From contig CALKXI010000008.1 in the NCBI GenBank assembly GCA_938003965.1, positions 1-55,023 on the forward strand: 55,023 nt of DNA, given 5' to 3'. The DNA comes from an uncultured Chlorobiales bacterium. GTDB lineage: Bacteria; Bacteroidota; Chlorobiia; Chlorobiales; Thermochlorobacteraceae. The position numbers were made by a program, and so were the translations under genes. Under the pieces are notes generated by a model. It searched no databases. It worked only from the letters and a program-made list of their open reading frames with translations, and had not been told where the DNA came from. This document shows positions 1 to 10,136 of this stretch, piece after piece (within the stretch, counting starts at the first letter, position 1; every line of letters starts with the position of its first letter).

Positions 1-218
1 CCGATGAAGACCAAACCCTGAAATTCAAGTCCAAGGGGTCAATCAAAAAAGGACGTGCGATTGTGGAAACCGATACAGACGGCTGTTATGTACTTTCTGA
101 AAATGAATTTGAGGAAAGCGAGAAAGTCAAAGCTTTTCCAACGTTTTTCGACGACCTCAAAAGGCTTGTAGCAAAGAACTACCAGACCAATAGTTGTGCG
201 GATGTGGCGAAAGACTAA
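1..218 (+). CDS. 3' end of an unidentified protein (partial, enters from left edge)
   Basis: Frame open from position 3 to TAA 216-218 (...DEDQTLKFKSKGSIKKGRAIVETDTDGCYVLSENEFEESEKVKAFPTFFDDLKRLVAKNYQTNSCADVAKD*); stop overlaps the convergent proline dehydrogenase stop; not in ORF track. Confidence 0.55.
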   Translation, partial: DEDQTLKFKSKGSIKKGRAIVETDTDGCYVLSENEFEESEKVKAFPTFFDDLKRLVAKNYQTNSCADVAKD

Positions 219-1429
219 CGAGCACGGGTGGCACGTTTTCGTCGTGCGCGCTCTGCAATGAGCAATCGAAGTTCGCGGCTGGCGTAGCCTGCAACAGCGG
301 TATTTTCCTGTGCTCTTCGGAAGAGATAGGGAAGCACGAATTTCACTTCGCCGTAGGGCAAGTATTTAGACACGTTGAAGCCAAGTTTGGAGAGGTTGTA
401 GCTGATGTGGTCGCCCATGCCGTAAAGTTGCGAGAAGTAAAGATGTGGGTGGTTGAACGGCAAGTTTTTTTCTTGAATAAGCCTTGCAAGTGTGAGATTG
501 CTCTCTTCGTTGTGCGTGCCTGAACAAACGCCGATGCGATTGATATGTGAAATGCAAAACTCAAGTGCAAGGTTGAAGTCGCGGTCGGTATCTTGCTTCG
601 TTTCGTGAATGGGAGAGGCATAGCCGTGCTCGAGCGCGCGTTGGCGCTCCTTTTCCATGTAGGCGCCGCGGACAAGTTTGACGCCCAAGTAGTAGCCACC
701 TTTTTCCGCCTTTGAAAATGAGGATTTCAAAAATGCTAATCGGTCTTTACGGTAAAGTTGAATGGTGTTGTAGACGAGCGGCATGGATTTGTTGTATTGT
801 TCCATCATTTCGTCGGCAAGCGAATCAATGGCGGCTTGAATCCACGATTCTTCAGCATCAATCATGACGGGAAGACGGGCTTGTTGTGCCGCTTTACAGA
901 TTTTGTGTAAACGAGATTTGACTCTATTCCACTCTGCAACTTCATCAGGTGAAAGTGTTTGCGCTGCACTAACTTTTTCAAGCAAGCCAAACCGAGCAAT
1001 GCCTGTCATCTTGAAGACGGCAAAAGGAATGTGTGGCGTTTGCTTGCTTTTTTCAATCGTGTAAAGAACTTTCTCAACGACACTATCAAAAACTTCTTCG
1101 GTTTCTTCGCCCTCGACAGAGTAGTCAAGGATGGATTTGATGTTCGATTTTGCCAGTTCTTCCATTACAGGTAAGCATTCCTCGACGGTTTCGCCACCGC
1201 AGAACTGTTTGAAAATTGTGGCTTTGATTAGCCCTTTTACAGGCAACTTCCAGCGAATTGCCCAACCCAGAACCGATATGCCAAGTTTGGTAAGCGTGGG
1301 ATTGTTCATTGCACGAAAAAGCCAATAGCGTTCAGAGAGTTGCCGATTCGTCTTTGAGGCAAAGGCAATTTCGGTGTTGTCGAAATCCAATAGCGCGAGC
1401 GATTTCGGTGGCGTAAGTGTTTCGTTCAT
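215..1429 (-). CDS. Monofunctional proline dehydrogenase
   Basis: Motifs IDAEESW, GVKLVRGAYME, GTHN, FSQLYGM, KYLPYG, YLFRRAQEN; ATG start taken at 1429 (track TTG start 1459). Confidence 0.92.
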   Translation of the reverse strand: MNETLTPPKSLALLDFDNTEIAFASKTNRQLSERYWLFRAMNNPTLTKLGISVLGWAIRWKLPVKGLIKATIFKQFCGGETVEECLPVMEELAKSNIKSILDYSVEGEETEEVFDSVVEKVLYTIEKSKQTPHIPFAVFKMTGIARFGLLEKVSAAQTLSPDEVAEWNRVKSRLHKICKAAQQARLPVMIDAEESWIQAAIDSLADEMMEQYNKSMPLVYNTIQLYRKDRLAFLKSSFSKAEKGGYYLGVKLVRGAYMEKERQRALEHGYASPIHETKQDTDRDFNLALEFCISHINRIGVCSGTHNEESNLTLARLIQEKNLPFNHPHLYFSQLYGMGDHISYNLSKLGFNVSKYLPYGEVKFVLPYLFRRAQENTAVAGYASRELRLLIAERARRKRATRAR

Positions 1430-1515
1430 CGTTGAAAAGTGTTTAGACCTTCGAAGCAAATGATGAGCAAGAATAAGTCAGTAGAGAAATTTTTCAAAGC
1501 CGATGGATGCGCCTC

Positions 1516-2259
1516 TCAAAGCGTCAGTGCCCCCGTCTTAATGAGCAAGTGGACTTTGGCTAAATCGTCAGGCGTATTTATTTCAAAAATTGGAGTTGAA
1601 ATAAGCCCAACTTGAATTGTATAGCCATTTTCCAGCGCGCGAAGTTGCTCGAGCGATTCAGCTTGTTCAAGAGGCGACGGCGGAAGCATCGCATAAAAAA
1701 ACAGAAAATCACGCCGAAAGGCATACAGCCCAATATGATGATAAACAGGCGGATTATGGACAGCATTTCGGAAAAATGGAATCGGCGCACGCGAGAAATA
1801 CATCGCACGATGTTTTTGATTGCAAATCACTTTGACCGTGTGTTCGTCTCGGTATCCTGAAAGCATGTCGAGCGGACAAGCAACCGTGGTCATCTCGGGC
1901 AGTTCGTCACGCAAGTAAGGTTCAACGAGTTTTTCTAATGCTTCAAGCGGTATGAAAGGCTGGTCGCCTTGAATGTTGACTATGACGTTGTAGTTCGGAT
2001 GTCGGCTGGCGACTTCGGCAATTCTATCTGTGCCGGTTTGATGCTCGGTACGTGTCAGTTCAACCTTGCCACCAAAAGCTTGAACGGCGTGAGCAATGCG
2101 CTCGTCGTCTGTGGCAACAATCACTTCTGAGAAAAATTTGCATCGCGATGCAGATTCATAGACGCGCTGAATCATCGGCTTGCCTTCAATCATGGCGAGC
2201 GGCTTTGCAGGAAAGCGCGTCGAGGCGTAACGAGCAGGAATGACAGCAAGAATCGGCAT
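1516..2259 (-). CDS. kdsB: 3-deoxy-manno-octulosonate cytidylyltransferase (CMP-Kdo synthetase)
   Basis: IPARYASTRFPAKPL, TGTDR, NIQGDQP, HIGLYAFR, LEQLRALE. Confidence 0.95.
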   Translation of the reverse strand: MPILAVIPARYASTRFPAKPLAMIEGKPMIQRVYESASRCKFFSEVIVATDDERIAHAVQAFGGKVELTRTEHQTGTDRIAEVASRHPNYNVIVNIQGDQPFIPLEALEKLVEPYLRDELPEMTTVACPLDMLSGYRDEHTVKVICNQKHRAMYFSRAPIPFFRNAVHNPPVYHHIGLYAFRRDFLFFYAMLPPSPLEQAESLEQLRALENGYTIQVGLISTPIFEINTPDDLAKVHLLIKTGALTL

Positions 2260-2279
2260 ATAAGTTCCAACAATTAAAG

Positions 2280-3275
2280 TTACTTAACAATCATGCGTTG
2301 CGTTTGTCCGAGTGCATTTTTGACCGCATCGCTCAAGAGAAAATCGTGCGGAAATCCAAGTTCAATCGCACTAACAGCGTTCAAGCGTTGGAGATGTTCG
2401 TCAGGAAGGTAAATGTCCAGCGATTTGAGTGTGTCTGAAAGTTGTTCGGGCTTAGTGGCGCCAACAATCGGCACAACGGAAAGGTCTCGTTGCATCGTCC
2501 ATTGAAGTGGAATTTGTGCAGGTGTTACGCCGAGTGCATCAGCCACGGCAACGACTGCTCTGGTAATCGCTTGGCTACACTCGTTCAGGCGTGAGCGATT
2601 TTCAGGCAGACGTCCTTTTTCGCCACGCAAGTATTTGCCAGCAAGTGCGCCCCAAGGCGTTACGGTCATCTGCCATGCCTTTGCCATCGGAAGTAAGTCG
2701 CGTTCAGGTGTGCGCTGAATGAGCGAGTATTCGATTTGCAATCCAACAAACTTCGTCCAGCCGCGCAGTTCAGCAAGCATATTGGCTTGCGAGACAAGCC
2801 ATGCAGGCGTATTGGAAAGGCCGATGTAGTGCACAATGCCACGCGAGACGAGGTCATCTAAGCCGCGCATCACTTCTTCGACAGGCGTGGTGAAATCCCA
2901 CGCATGAAGCCAGAGAAGGTCGATGAAGTCCGTTTTGAGCTGTTTGAGGCTTTCGCGCACTGAGCGCATCATGTTTTTGCGATGGTTACCAGCATAGTGC
3001 ACATCGTGCATGTGGTCTTGAAGCGTGTATTTGGTCGCAATGACAAAGTGGTCACGGTCGTAAGCGACGAATTCGCCGCAAAATTTTTCCGATGTGCCCG
3101 CGGTGTAAATGTTGGCAGTGTCGAGGAAATTTCCGCCAGCATTGGCATATACGTCAAAAATTCTTTTACTGGTTTCGTAATCGGTGCCCCAGCCCCACTC
3201 TGTGCCGAAGCCCATGGTGCCGAGCGCAATCTCTGAAACGCGTAAGCCAGAATCTCCGAGAAGTGTGTAGTGCAT
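2280..3275 (-). CDS. Aldo/keto reductase
   Basis: LGDSGLRVSEIALGTM, DTANIY, ATKY, IDLLWLH, IGLSN, QIEYS; start at MHYTLL (3275). Confidence 0.9.
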   Translation of the reverse strand: MHYTLLGDSGLRVSEIALGTMGFGTEWGWGTDYETSKRIFDVYANAGGNFLDTANIYTAGTSEKFCGEFVAYDRDHFVIATKYTLQDHMHDVHYAGNHRKNMMRSVRESLKQLKTDFIDLLWLHAWDFTTPVEEVMRGLDDLVSRGIVHYIGLSNTPAWLVSQANMLAELRGWTKFVGLQIEYSLIQRTPERDLLPMAKAWQMTVTPWGALAGKYLRGEKGRLPENRSRLNECSQAITRAVVAVADALGVTPAQIPLQWTMQRDLSVVPIVGATKPEQLSDTLKSLDIYLPDEHLQRLNAVSAIELGFPHDFLLSDAVKNALGQTQRMIVK

Positions 3276-3406
3276 GGAACGATGAAATAAATTGGCAAAC
3301 GGCAAGATACAACCCTGAAAGTAAAATGCAGAAACTTTTGATACACTAACAGATTGGCGTATCTTCGCCTTTCTCAAATCGCGCTAAATCAAATCTGTAA
3401 GTCAAT

Positions 3407-4825
3407 ATGTCAATAGAATTGCCAACCCTGGACATCATTGAAGGCTCAAAGGAAATTGCAACTACAGGCGAAGAAACCTACGCTGCCAAGTCGAAGCGAA
3501 GCGGTGAAGCAAAAAAGGGAAAGGTGTATATCGAAAGTTACGGCTGTCAGATGAACTTCGCCGATTCGGAAATCGTCGCCGCTATTTTGAAACAGGACGG
3601 ATATAGCACGACCGATTCTGAAACAGACGCTGATGTGATTTTCCTCAACACTTGCGCCATTCGCGATAACGCCGAACAAAAAATTCACTCCCGATTGCAA
3701 TCGCTTAAAGCGCTCAAGCGCAAGAACCCAAAACTCGTCGTCGGCGTCTTGGGCTGTATGGCGGAGCGCATGAAGCAGTCGCTTTTTGAACAAGAAAAAA
3801 TCGTCGATTTAATCGCAGGTCCTGACGCTTATCGCTCGATTCCGCAACTGATTGAACTGGCAGAGTCCGGGCAGAAAGCCGCAAATGTGTTTCTTTCGCT
3901 TGAAGAAACTTACGCTGATATTACGCCTGTTCGGCGTGAAGGTGTGAGCGCATTTCTTTCAATCATGCGCGGGTGCGACAATATGTGCTCGTTCTGTGTT
4001 GTGCCCTTTACGCGCGGCCGAGAGCGAAGCCGACCGTTCCAAACCATTCTCGACGAAATCAAAATGCTTTCCGATGAAGGCTTCAAAGAGGTAACGCTCT
4101 TGGGGCAAAATGTCAATTCTTACAACGACGAACAAGGCAAGGTCAACTTCGCTGAACTGATGTATCGCGCGAGTTTGATTGATGAAAAGATGCGAATCCG
4201 ATTTACAACCTCTCACCCGAAAGACATCTCCGATGAACTCGTCAGCGTGATTGCCGAACGTCCCAATCTCTGCAAGTTTATTCACTTGCCTGTTCAATCA
4301 GGCTCAACGCGCATATTGGCATTGATGAATCGCAATCACACAAGGGAAGATTACTTGAAAAAAATCGAGATGATTCAATCCAAAATTCCAGATTGCGCAC
4401 TTTCAACCGACATCATTGCAGGCTTCTGCACTGAAACCGAAGAAGACCATCGAGAAACGCTCTCGCTCTTGGAGCAAGTTCGATACGATTACGCCTTCAC
4501 CTTCATTTACTCGGAACGCCCGAACACACCTGCCGCAAAAAAACTCAAAGACGATGTCGACAACGCCACTAAACAACGCCGCTTGCAAGAAATCGTGACC
4601 CTCACAAAACGCATTGCCGCTGAACGCTATGCAGAATCCATCGGAAAAGTCTACGAAATTTTAATCGAGGGCGACAGCAAACGCTCGTCAGAAATGTGGA
4701 TGGGCAGAACCGATAACAATCGCGTAGCCGTGTTCCCAAAAACAGGACAAGAAAAAGCAGGAGACTTTGTGAAAGTGCGCATCACAAACGCAACTGCCGC
4801 AACTTTGATTGGCGAGCGTATCTGA
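3407..4825 (+). CDS. miaB: tRNA-2-methylthio-N6-dimethylallyladenosine synthase (radical SAM)
   Basis: SYGCQMN, NTCAIR, GCMA UPF0004 domain; CDNMCSFC radical-SAM motif; C-terminal TRAM domain. Confidence 0.96.
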   Translation: MSIELPTLDIIEGSKEIATTGEETYAAKSKRSGEAKKGKVYIESYGCQMNFADSEIVAAILKQDGYSTTDSETDADVIFLNTCAIRDNAEQKIHSRLQSLKALKRKNPKLVVGVLGCMAERMKQSLFEQEKIVDLIAGPDAYRSIPQLIELAESGQKAANVFLSLEETYADITPVRREGVSAFLSIMRGCDNMCSFCVVPFTRGRERSRPFQTILDEIKMLSDEGFKEVTLLGQNVNSYNDEQGKVNFAELMYRASLIDEKMRIRFTTSHPKDISDELVSVIAERPNLCKFIHLPVQSGSTRILALMNRNHTREDYLKKIEMIQSKIPDCALSTDIIAGFCTETEEDHRETLSLLEQVRYDYAFTFIYSERPNTPAAKKLKDDVDNATKQRRLQEIVTLTKRIAAERYAESIGKVYEILIEGDSKRSSEMWMGRTDNNRVAVFPKTGQEKAGDFVKVRITNATAATLIGERI

Positions 4826-4971
4826 CACAGTCATAGCGAAAGTGATGAAGCATCATGCGAGTTTCAAACACGGACAATGCGGAGCGAGAAAGACGAGCGT
4901 CTTATTTTCCAATTGGTATACCTCTGTTCTTTCTCCGAGACCAAACATCGAAACAAAACACAACACATGCT

Positions 4972-5352
4972 ATGTCAAATCAAGAAGACCAACTTAACCC
5001 AAGCAAACGAAGCAACACGCGAAAAATATCCAAGACCCTCACACGCGTCGACCTCTACAAGGCTGTTGCAAAACGCTTCAATGCAAAGCCGAGCGAAGTG
5101 TCGGAATATGTCGATGCCACAATCGATTCGCTTTCTAATCTCATCAAAAGTGCTGACCCTGAACTGCGCGTCGAGCTTCGCGGACTTGGCGTCTTTGAAG
5201 TCAAATTCATGAAAGAGCGTGCTATTGTTCGAGACCCGCGCACGCTTGAAGTTGTTGAGTACGAAGGCAGACGCCGAAAAATGCACTTCCGCCCAAGCAA
5301 ACAAATCAAAAGGGTTCTGCTCGGCGACACAAAAACGAAAACGTCATCATGA
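4972..5352 (+). CDS. HU/IHF-family DNA-binding protein
   Basis: RVELRGLGVFEV...VRDPRT...MHFRPSK; ATG 4972 after an A/C-rich leader. Confidence 0.88.
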   Translation: MSNQEDQLNPSKRSNTRKISKTLTRVDLYKAVAKRFNAKPSEVSEYVDATIDSLSNLIKSADPELRVELRGLGVFEVKFMKERAIVRDPRTLEVVEYEGRRRKMHFRPSKQIKRVLLGDTKTKTSS

Positions 5353-5783
5353 CGCACAACAAGCGAATTGTCGCCATTGACTACGGCACCAAACGCATCG
5401 GACTGGCGCAAAGTGACTTGCTGCATCTCTTTGCGCAAACGGTCGGCACATTTTCAGAACCTGACCTCTACAAAAAACTTGCAACGATTGAAAAAGAAGA
5501 CGGCATCGAGAAAATCCTGCTCGGCAACCCCACCAACGGCGATGGCTCGCCAAACCGAATGACAAAAGTCGTTGCCGACTTCGAAGCGCGCCTTCAAGCA
5601 AAATTCCCAACTCTCTTGATTGAAAAAGTCAGTGAGTTCGGCTCGTCCAAAGCCGCTATGCAAACGCTTATTGAAAGCGGCGTCAGAAAGAAAGAGCGCA
5701 ACAGCAAAGGCAGGCTCGATAAAGTCGCCGCCGCACTGCTGCTTCAACATTACTTGGAAACCCGACCAAAACTGAAAACTTGA
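5349..5783 (+). CDS. ruvX: YqgF/RuvX family nuclease (pre-16S rRNA processing)
   Basis: AIDYGTKRIGLA, EFGSS, DKVAAALLLQ; ATGA overlap with HU gene. Confidence 0.92.
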   Translation: MTHNKRIVAIDYGTKRIGLAQSDLLHLFAQTVGTFSEPDLYKKLATIEKEDGIEKILLGNPTNGDGSPNRMTKVVADFEARLQAKFPTLLIEKVSEFGSSKAAMQTLIESGVRKKERNSKGRLDKVAAALLLQHYLETRPKLKT

Positions 5784-5803
5784 AATGGGTTATGTGAGCA
5801 AGA

Positions 5804-7213
5804 TCAAGCGCACTGCAAGAGTTCATCAGCGAAGCGTTTGGCAAGCGACTCGGCGTCGGTTTTGGTTTTGGCTTCGGCATAAATGCGCACAATCGGCTCG
5901 GTGTTGGATTTGCGTAAGTGCACCCAACTTTCAGCGAAATCAATTTTCACGCCGTCAATCGTCGTGAGCCGTTCATGCGAGTAGCGACTGGCAAGTTCGG
6001 CAAGCAACTCGTCAAGGTTTGTGCTCGGGTCAAGTTTGAGTTTATGCTTGGCGATGAAATAAGGCGGAAAGGTCTTCTTGAAATCGGTGAGTTTTCCTGT
6101 TGGATTTTGTGATTGCCATTCTGCAAAAGCGGCAAGAAAAAGCGCAATGCCCACAAGCGCGTCGCGTCCGTAATGCACATCAGGAAGAATAACACCGCCA
6201 TTGCCTTCGCCACCAATCACCGCATTGACCGATTTCATCACTTCAATCACATTGGCTTCACCGACTTTCGCGGCGTGATACCCAACGCCATGGGTTTGTG
6301 CAACATCAGCCAGCGCACGACTGCTCGAGAGATTGCTCACCACATCGCCTCTCTTTTTCGTGAGCCAAAAATCGGCGCACGCCACAAGCGTATATTCTTC
6401 GCCAAAAAGCGACCCATCTTCGCAAATAAAACAAACACGGTCAACATCGGGGTCGACAACAATGCCAATATCCGCGCCGTAATGCGCCGTCAGCCCTTGT
6501 GTTTCGACCAAGTTTTCTTCAATCGGTTCAGGATTGCGCGGAAAAATGCCTGTCGGCTTACACGAAATTTCAATCACTTCCGCCACGCCAAGCGCGCGAC
6601 AAAGGTTCGGAATCACGATTGAGCCTGCACCATTGACCGCATCGACCAGCACTTTGTATCGCCGCTGACGGATTTTTTCCAAATCTAATTCGGGAAGTGA
6701 AAGCACCTTCTTGATGTGAAACGCATCGTAATCCTCGCGCGGAACTGCCATTCCAAATTCATTCCACTTCGCTGAATGAAATTCTTCTGTTTCTACAATC
6801 GCCAGAATGGCTTTGCTTTGTGAGGGCGTGAGAAATTCGCCCAAGTTGTTGAGCAGTTTCAGCGCGTTCCACTCGAGCGGATTGTGCGAGGCAGAAATGA
6901 TGATGCCGCCATCGGCTTGTTCGGCAATCACGGCGACCTCAACCGTTGGCGTCGTCGCAACGCCAAGATTGATGACATTACAACCAGATTGAATCAACAC
7001 GCCTTGAACATAGTCCAAAATGACCTTGCCTGTTGGGCGTGTGTCGCGTCCGATAACAACGGTCGGCACATTGCCACGCAAATTCACCTCGCCCGAGCTC
7101 CGCCGTTCAAAAAGCCATGTGGCAAATGCCTGCGTGTAGGTCGTCAGCACAATCGGCGTAAGGCTTTCGCCAACAATGCCGCGAATCCCTGAAATGCTTA
7201 CCATTAAACTCAT
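5804..7213 (-). CDS. glmM: Phosphoglucosamine mutase (alpha-D-phosphohexomutase family)
   Basis: SISGIRG, GRDTR, ISASHNP phosphoserine loop, DPDVDR metal loop, GGEGNGG, RKSNTEP; ATG at 7213. Confidence 0.88.
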   Translation of the reverse strand: MSLMVSISGIRGIVGESLTPIVLTTYTQAFATWLFERRSSGEVNLRGNVPTVVIGRDTRPTGKVILDYVQGVLIQSGCNVINLGVATTPTVEVAVIAEQADGGIIISASHNPLEWNALKLLNNLGEFLTPSQSKAILAIVETEEFHSAKWNEFGMAVPREDYDAFHIKKVLSLPELDLEKIRQRRYKVLVDAVNGAGSIVIPNLCRALGVAEVIEISCKPTGIFPRNPEPIEENLVETQGLTAHYGADIGIVVDPDVDRVCFICEDGSLFGEEYTLVACADFWLTKKRGDVVSNLSSSRALADVAQTHGVGYHAAKVGEANVIEVMKSVNAVIGGEGNGGVILPDVHYGRDALVGIALFLAAFAEWQSQNPTGKLTDFKKTFPPYFIAKHKLKLDPSTNLDELLAELASRYSHERLTTIDGVKIDFAESWVHLRKSNTEPIVRIYAEAKTKTDAESLAKRFADELLQCA

Positions 7214-7248
7214 GTGAAAAGTCTGTTCGTTTTGTTGTTGGATTTTGC

Positions 7249-10026
7249 TTAATGTGCCAAAAGCCAATTCTCACCAATGCCGATATCGACGACGATAGGC
7301 ACTTCCTGAATGCCAACGGCACGCGCGCCTGAAATCATTTCCGTTTTGACGATGTGTGAGAGTTCTTGTTCTTCTTCGGGTAGCATATCGAAAAGCAGTT
7401 CGTCGTGGACTTGCAAAATCATGCGCGAGCGCAGTTGCCGTTCGTTGAGTTTGCGGTCGATTTGAATCATGGCGCGTTTAATCATGTCGGCAGCCGTGCC
7501 TTGAATCGGCGTGTTGATGGCGGCGCGTTCGGCGGCGTTGCGAATAGAAAAATTTTTGCTGTGAATATCGGGAAAATAGCGTCGCCGACCTGTGAGCGTT
7601 TCAACATAGCCGAGCGTGCGTGCCGATTCTAAAACGCGCTCCGTGTATTGAAAAATTTTCGGATACTTTTGTTTGTATTGCTCGATGAGCGATTTGGCTT
7701 CGCTTTGTGGAATGTCTAATCGTTGTGCCAAGCCAAACGGCTGAATGCCGTAAAGCACACCGAAGTTGACTTCTTTGGCTTTGCGGCGTTGCTCTTTGGA
7801 AACATCGTCGGTGCCGAAAATGACGCGCGCTGTGGCGCGGTGAATGTCTTCGCCGTTTTGAAACGCCGCCCGCATGGTTTCGTCGCCTGAAAGTTCGGCG
7901 GCGATGCGCAGTTCGATTTGTGAGTAGTCAGCAGAAAGCAGTTTGTGCGATGGCTCACTGGGAACGAAGGCTTTGCGAATTTGCCGACCTACTTCGGTGC
8001 GAATCGGAATGTTCTGCAAGTTTGGGTTTGTCGAGGAAAGTCGACCTGTTGCCGCCACGCTTTGATTAAACGAAGTATGCACGCGCCCCGTCTTCGGATT
8101 GACCATCGTTGGCAGTGCATCGACGTAGGTTGATTTTAATTTCTGCAAACTGCGATACTCCAAAATTTTAGACGCAATCGGATAATCTTCGGAAAGTTCT
8201 TCTAACACGCGCACATCGGTCGAAAAACCTGTTTTGGTGCGCTTCTTGGCAGGCAATCCCATTTTCTCAAACAAGACTTCGCCGAGTTGTTTGGGCGAAT
8301 CAATGTTGAACTCTGTTCCTGCTTCTTCGATGATGCGCTTGGCTGTGGCGGCAATTTCCGATTCAAGCACGCTTGAAATTTCAGAGAGTATCTCGGTATC
8401 AATTTTAATGCCTTCCCATTCCATTCTTCCCAAAACGGGCAAGAGCGGCATTTCAAGGTCGGTGAAAACGCGCTCGAGCGTAGGCGACTTGGCAAGTTCT
8501 TCTGAAAGGCGATGTTTGAGTTGAAGCGTTACATCAGCGTCTTGGCAAGCATATTCGGAAAGTTTTTCAATCGGCACATCTTTGATGGAAATTTGATTAC
8601 GCCCTGTGCCGACAAGGTCGGTAAATTCAATCAAGCGGTAGTTGAAGTAGCGCGCCGCCATGTCGCTCATGTTATGTGCCGCGTCGGGATTGAGCACGTA
8701 GCTGGCAAGCATCGTGTCGAAGGCAATCGGCGAGACCTCAATGCCGTATTGCTTCAAGACGAGGTAATCGTATTTGAAATTTTGTCCGATTTTCTTTTGA
8801 GCGGGATTTTCAAGAATGGGTTTCAAAGCCAAAAGCACGGCGTCGCGCGAGAGCGATGAGTCAAGACAATAAACGCAAAAAGCTTCGTGCGGACGCATGG
8901 CAACAGAGACGCAAACAAGTTCAGCATTGAAAACATCGAGGCTGGTGGTTTCGGTATCGAGTGAAAATTCATCGGCGTTGCGCAGGTCAGAGAGAAGTGC
9001 GTCAAAGGCTTCGGCTGTGGTGATGGTGTGATACTTGCCAAGCGTATGCGGATAAGTGAGCGAAACGCTCTCGCCAATGTTTGCGCCGAAGTTGAAAGAA
9101 AGGTCGTCGTCGGTTTCAGGATTGATAACAGGCTTAGTCTGTTGCGACTTGAGCTTGGAGAGAAACTGTTTCATCTGCAATTCTTCGAGTGTAGGCACGA
9201 GCACTTGAAGATTGGGTGGTTTGATGCGGAAGTCTTCGAGCGAGAAATCAAGCGGCACATCGGTTTTAATAGTAACAAGGAACTTGGCGATTTTCAGATG
9301 CTCTTTGGCGTCGAGCAAGTTTTGTTTCATTTTGTATTTGGTGATACGGCTGATGTTGTTGTAGAGGTTCTCGATTGAGCCGTATTCGTTAATGAGTTGC
9401 GCGGCGGTTTTGGGTCCGACGCCCGTAACGCCTGGAATGTTGTCCGATGTATCGCCCATCAAGGTGAGCATATCGATGAACTGTTCGGGATAAACGCCGT
9501 AGCGTTCGCGAATTTCAGTTCTGCCATATTGCTCGAATTCATCGTCGTCTTTGGAGGGTTTGAGGATTTGGACGCTGTCGCTGACGAGTTGCGAGAAGTC
9601 TTTATCAGGCGTAATCACAAACACTTGGCAAGTCTCTTCGTAGCGTTTGGCAAGTGTGCCGATGATGTCGTCGGCTTCGTAGCCTGGAAGTTTGAGCAGT
9701 GTGATGCCGTAGGCTTCGACAAGTTTGTAGATGGTCTCGATTTGTTGAAGAAGGTCTTCGGGCGGTTCGGGGCGATTAGCTTTATAGAGCACGTAGGCGT
9801 CGTGGCGAAATGTTTTCTCTTTGGAGTCTGTAACAACGGCAAGATAATCGGGTTTGTATTGCTCAATAATCCCTTGCAAGGTTTTGATGAACCCGTAAGT
9901 TGCGCCTGTTGGCACGCCGGATTTTGATGTAAGTTTGTGTGGCAGAAATGCAAAGTAGGCGCGATAAATCAGTGCCATTGCGTCGAGTAAGTAAAGCGTC
10001 GGTTTTTGGGCATTAGTTGTTGGCAT
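7249..10026 (-). CDS. polA: DNA polymerase I
   Basis: 5'-3' exonuclease (EADD, GDTSDNIPGV), 3'-5' exonuclease (DTETT), Pol A motifs DYSQIELR, KEVNFGVLYG, QVHDE. Confidence 0.98.
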   Translation of the reverse strand: MPTTNAQKPTLYLLDAMALIYRAYFAFLPHKLTSKSGVPTGATYGFIKTLQGIIEQYKPDYLAVVTDSKEKTFRHDAYVLYKANRPEPPEDLLQQIETIYKLVEAYGITLLKLPGYEADDIIGTLAKRYEETCQVFVITPDKDFSQLVSDSVQILKPSKDDDEFEQYGRTEIRERYGVYPEQFIDMLTLMGDTSDNIPGVTGVGPKTAAQLINEYGSIENLYNNISRITKYKMKQNLLDAKEHLKIAKFLVTIKTDVPLDFSLEDFRIKPPNLQVLVPTLEELQMKQFLSKLKSQQTKPVINPETDDDLSFNFGANIGESVSLTYPHTLGKYHTITTAEAFDALLSDLRNADEFSLDTETTSLDVFNAELVCVSVAMRPHEAFCVYCLDSSLSRDAVLLALKPILENPAQKKIGQNFKYDYLVLKQYGIEVSPIAFDTMLASYVLNPDAAHNMSDMAARYFNYRLIEFTDLVGTGRNQISIKDVPIEKLSEYACQDADVTLQLKHRLSEELAKSPTLERVFTDLEMPLLPVLGRMEWEGIKIDTEILSEISSVLESEIAATAKRIIEEAGTEFNIDSPKQLGEVLFEKMGLPAKKRTKTGFSTDVRVLEELSEDYPIASKILEYRSLQKLKSTYVDALPTMVNPKTGRVHTSFNQSVAATGRLSSTNPNLQNIPIRTEVGRQIRKAFVPSEPSHKLLSADYSQIELRIAAELSGDETMRAAFQNGEDIHRATARVIFGTDDVSKEQRRKAKEVNFGVLYGIQPFGLAQRLDIPQSEAKSLIEQYKQKYPKIFQYTERVLESARTLGYVETLTGRRRYFPDIHSKNFSIRNAAERAAINTPIQGTAADMIKRAMIQIDRKLNERQLRSRMILQVHDELLFDMLPEEEQELSHIVKTEMISGARAVGIQEVPIVVDIGIGENWLLAH

Positions 10027-10136
10027 AGCTGAGTAGGCGTGTTTGAACGAAAAATAAACATTTGTAGATTCCTGACAACGCTATCGACAGCAACAATTTC
10101 GTATCAACGATTTCACACCGATAAGTTCATTTCAGA

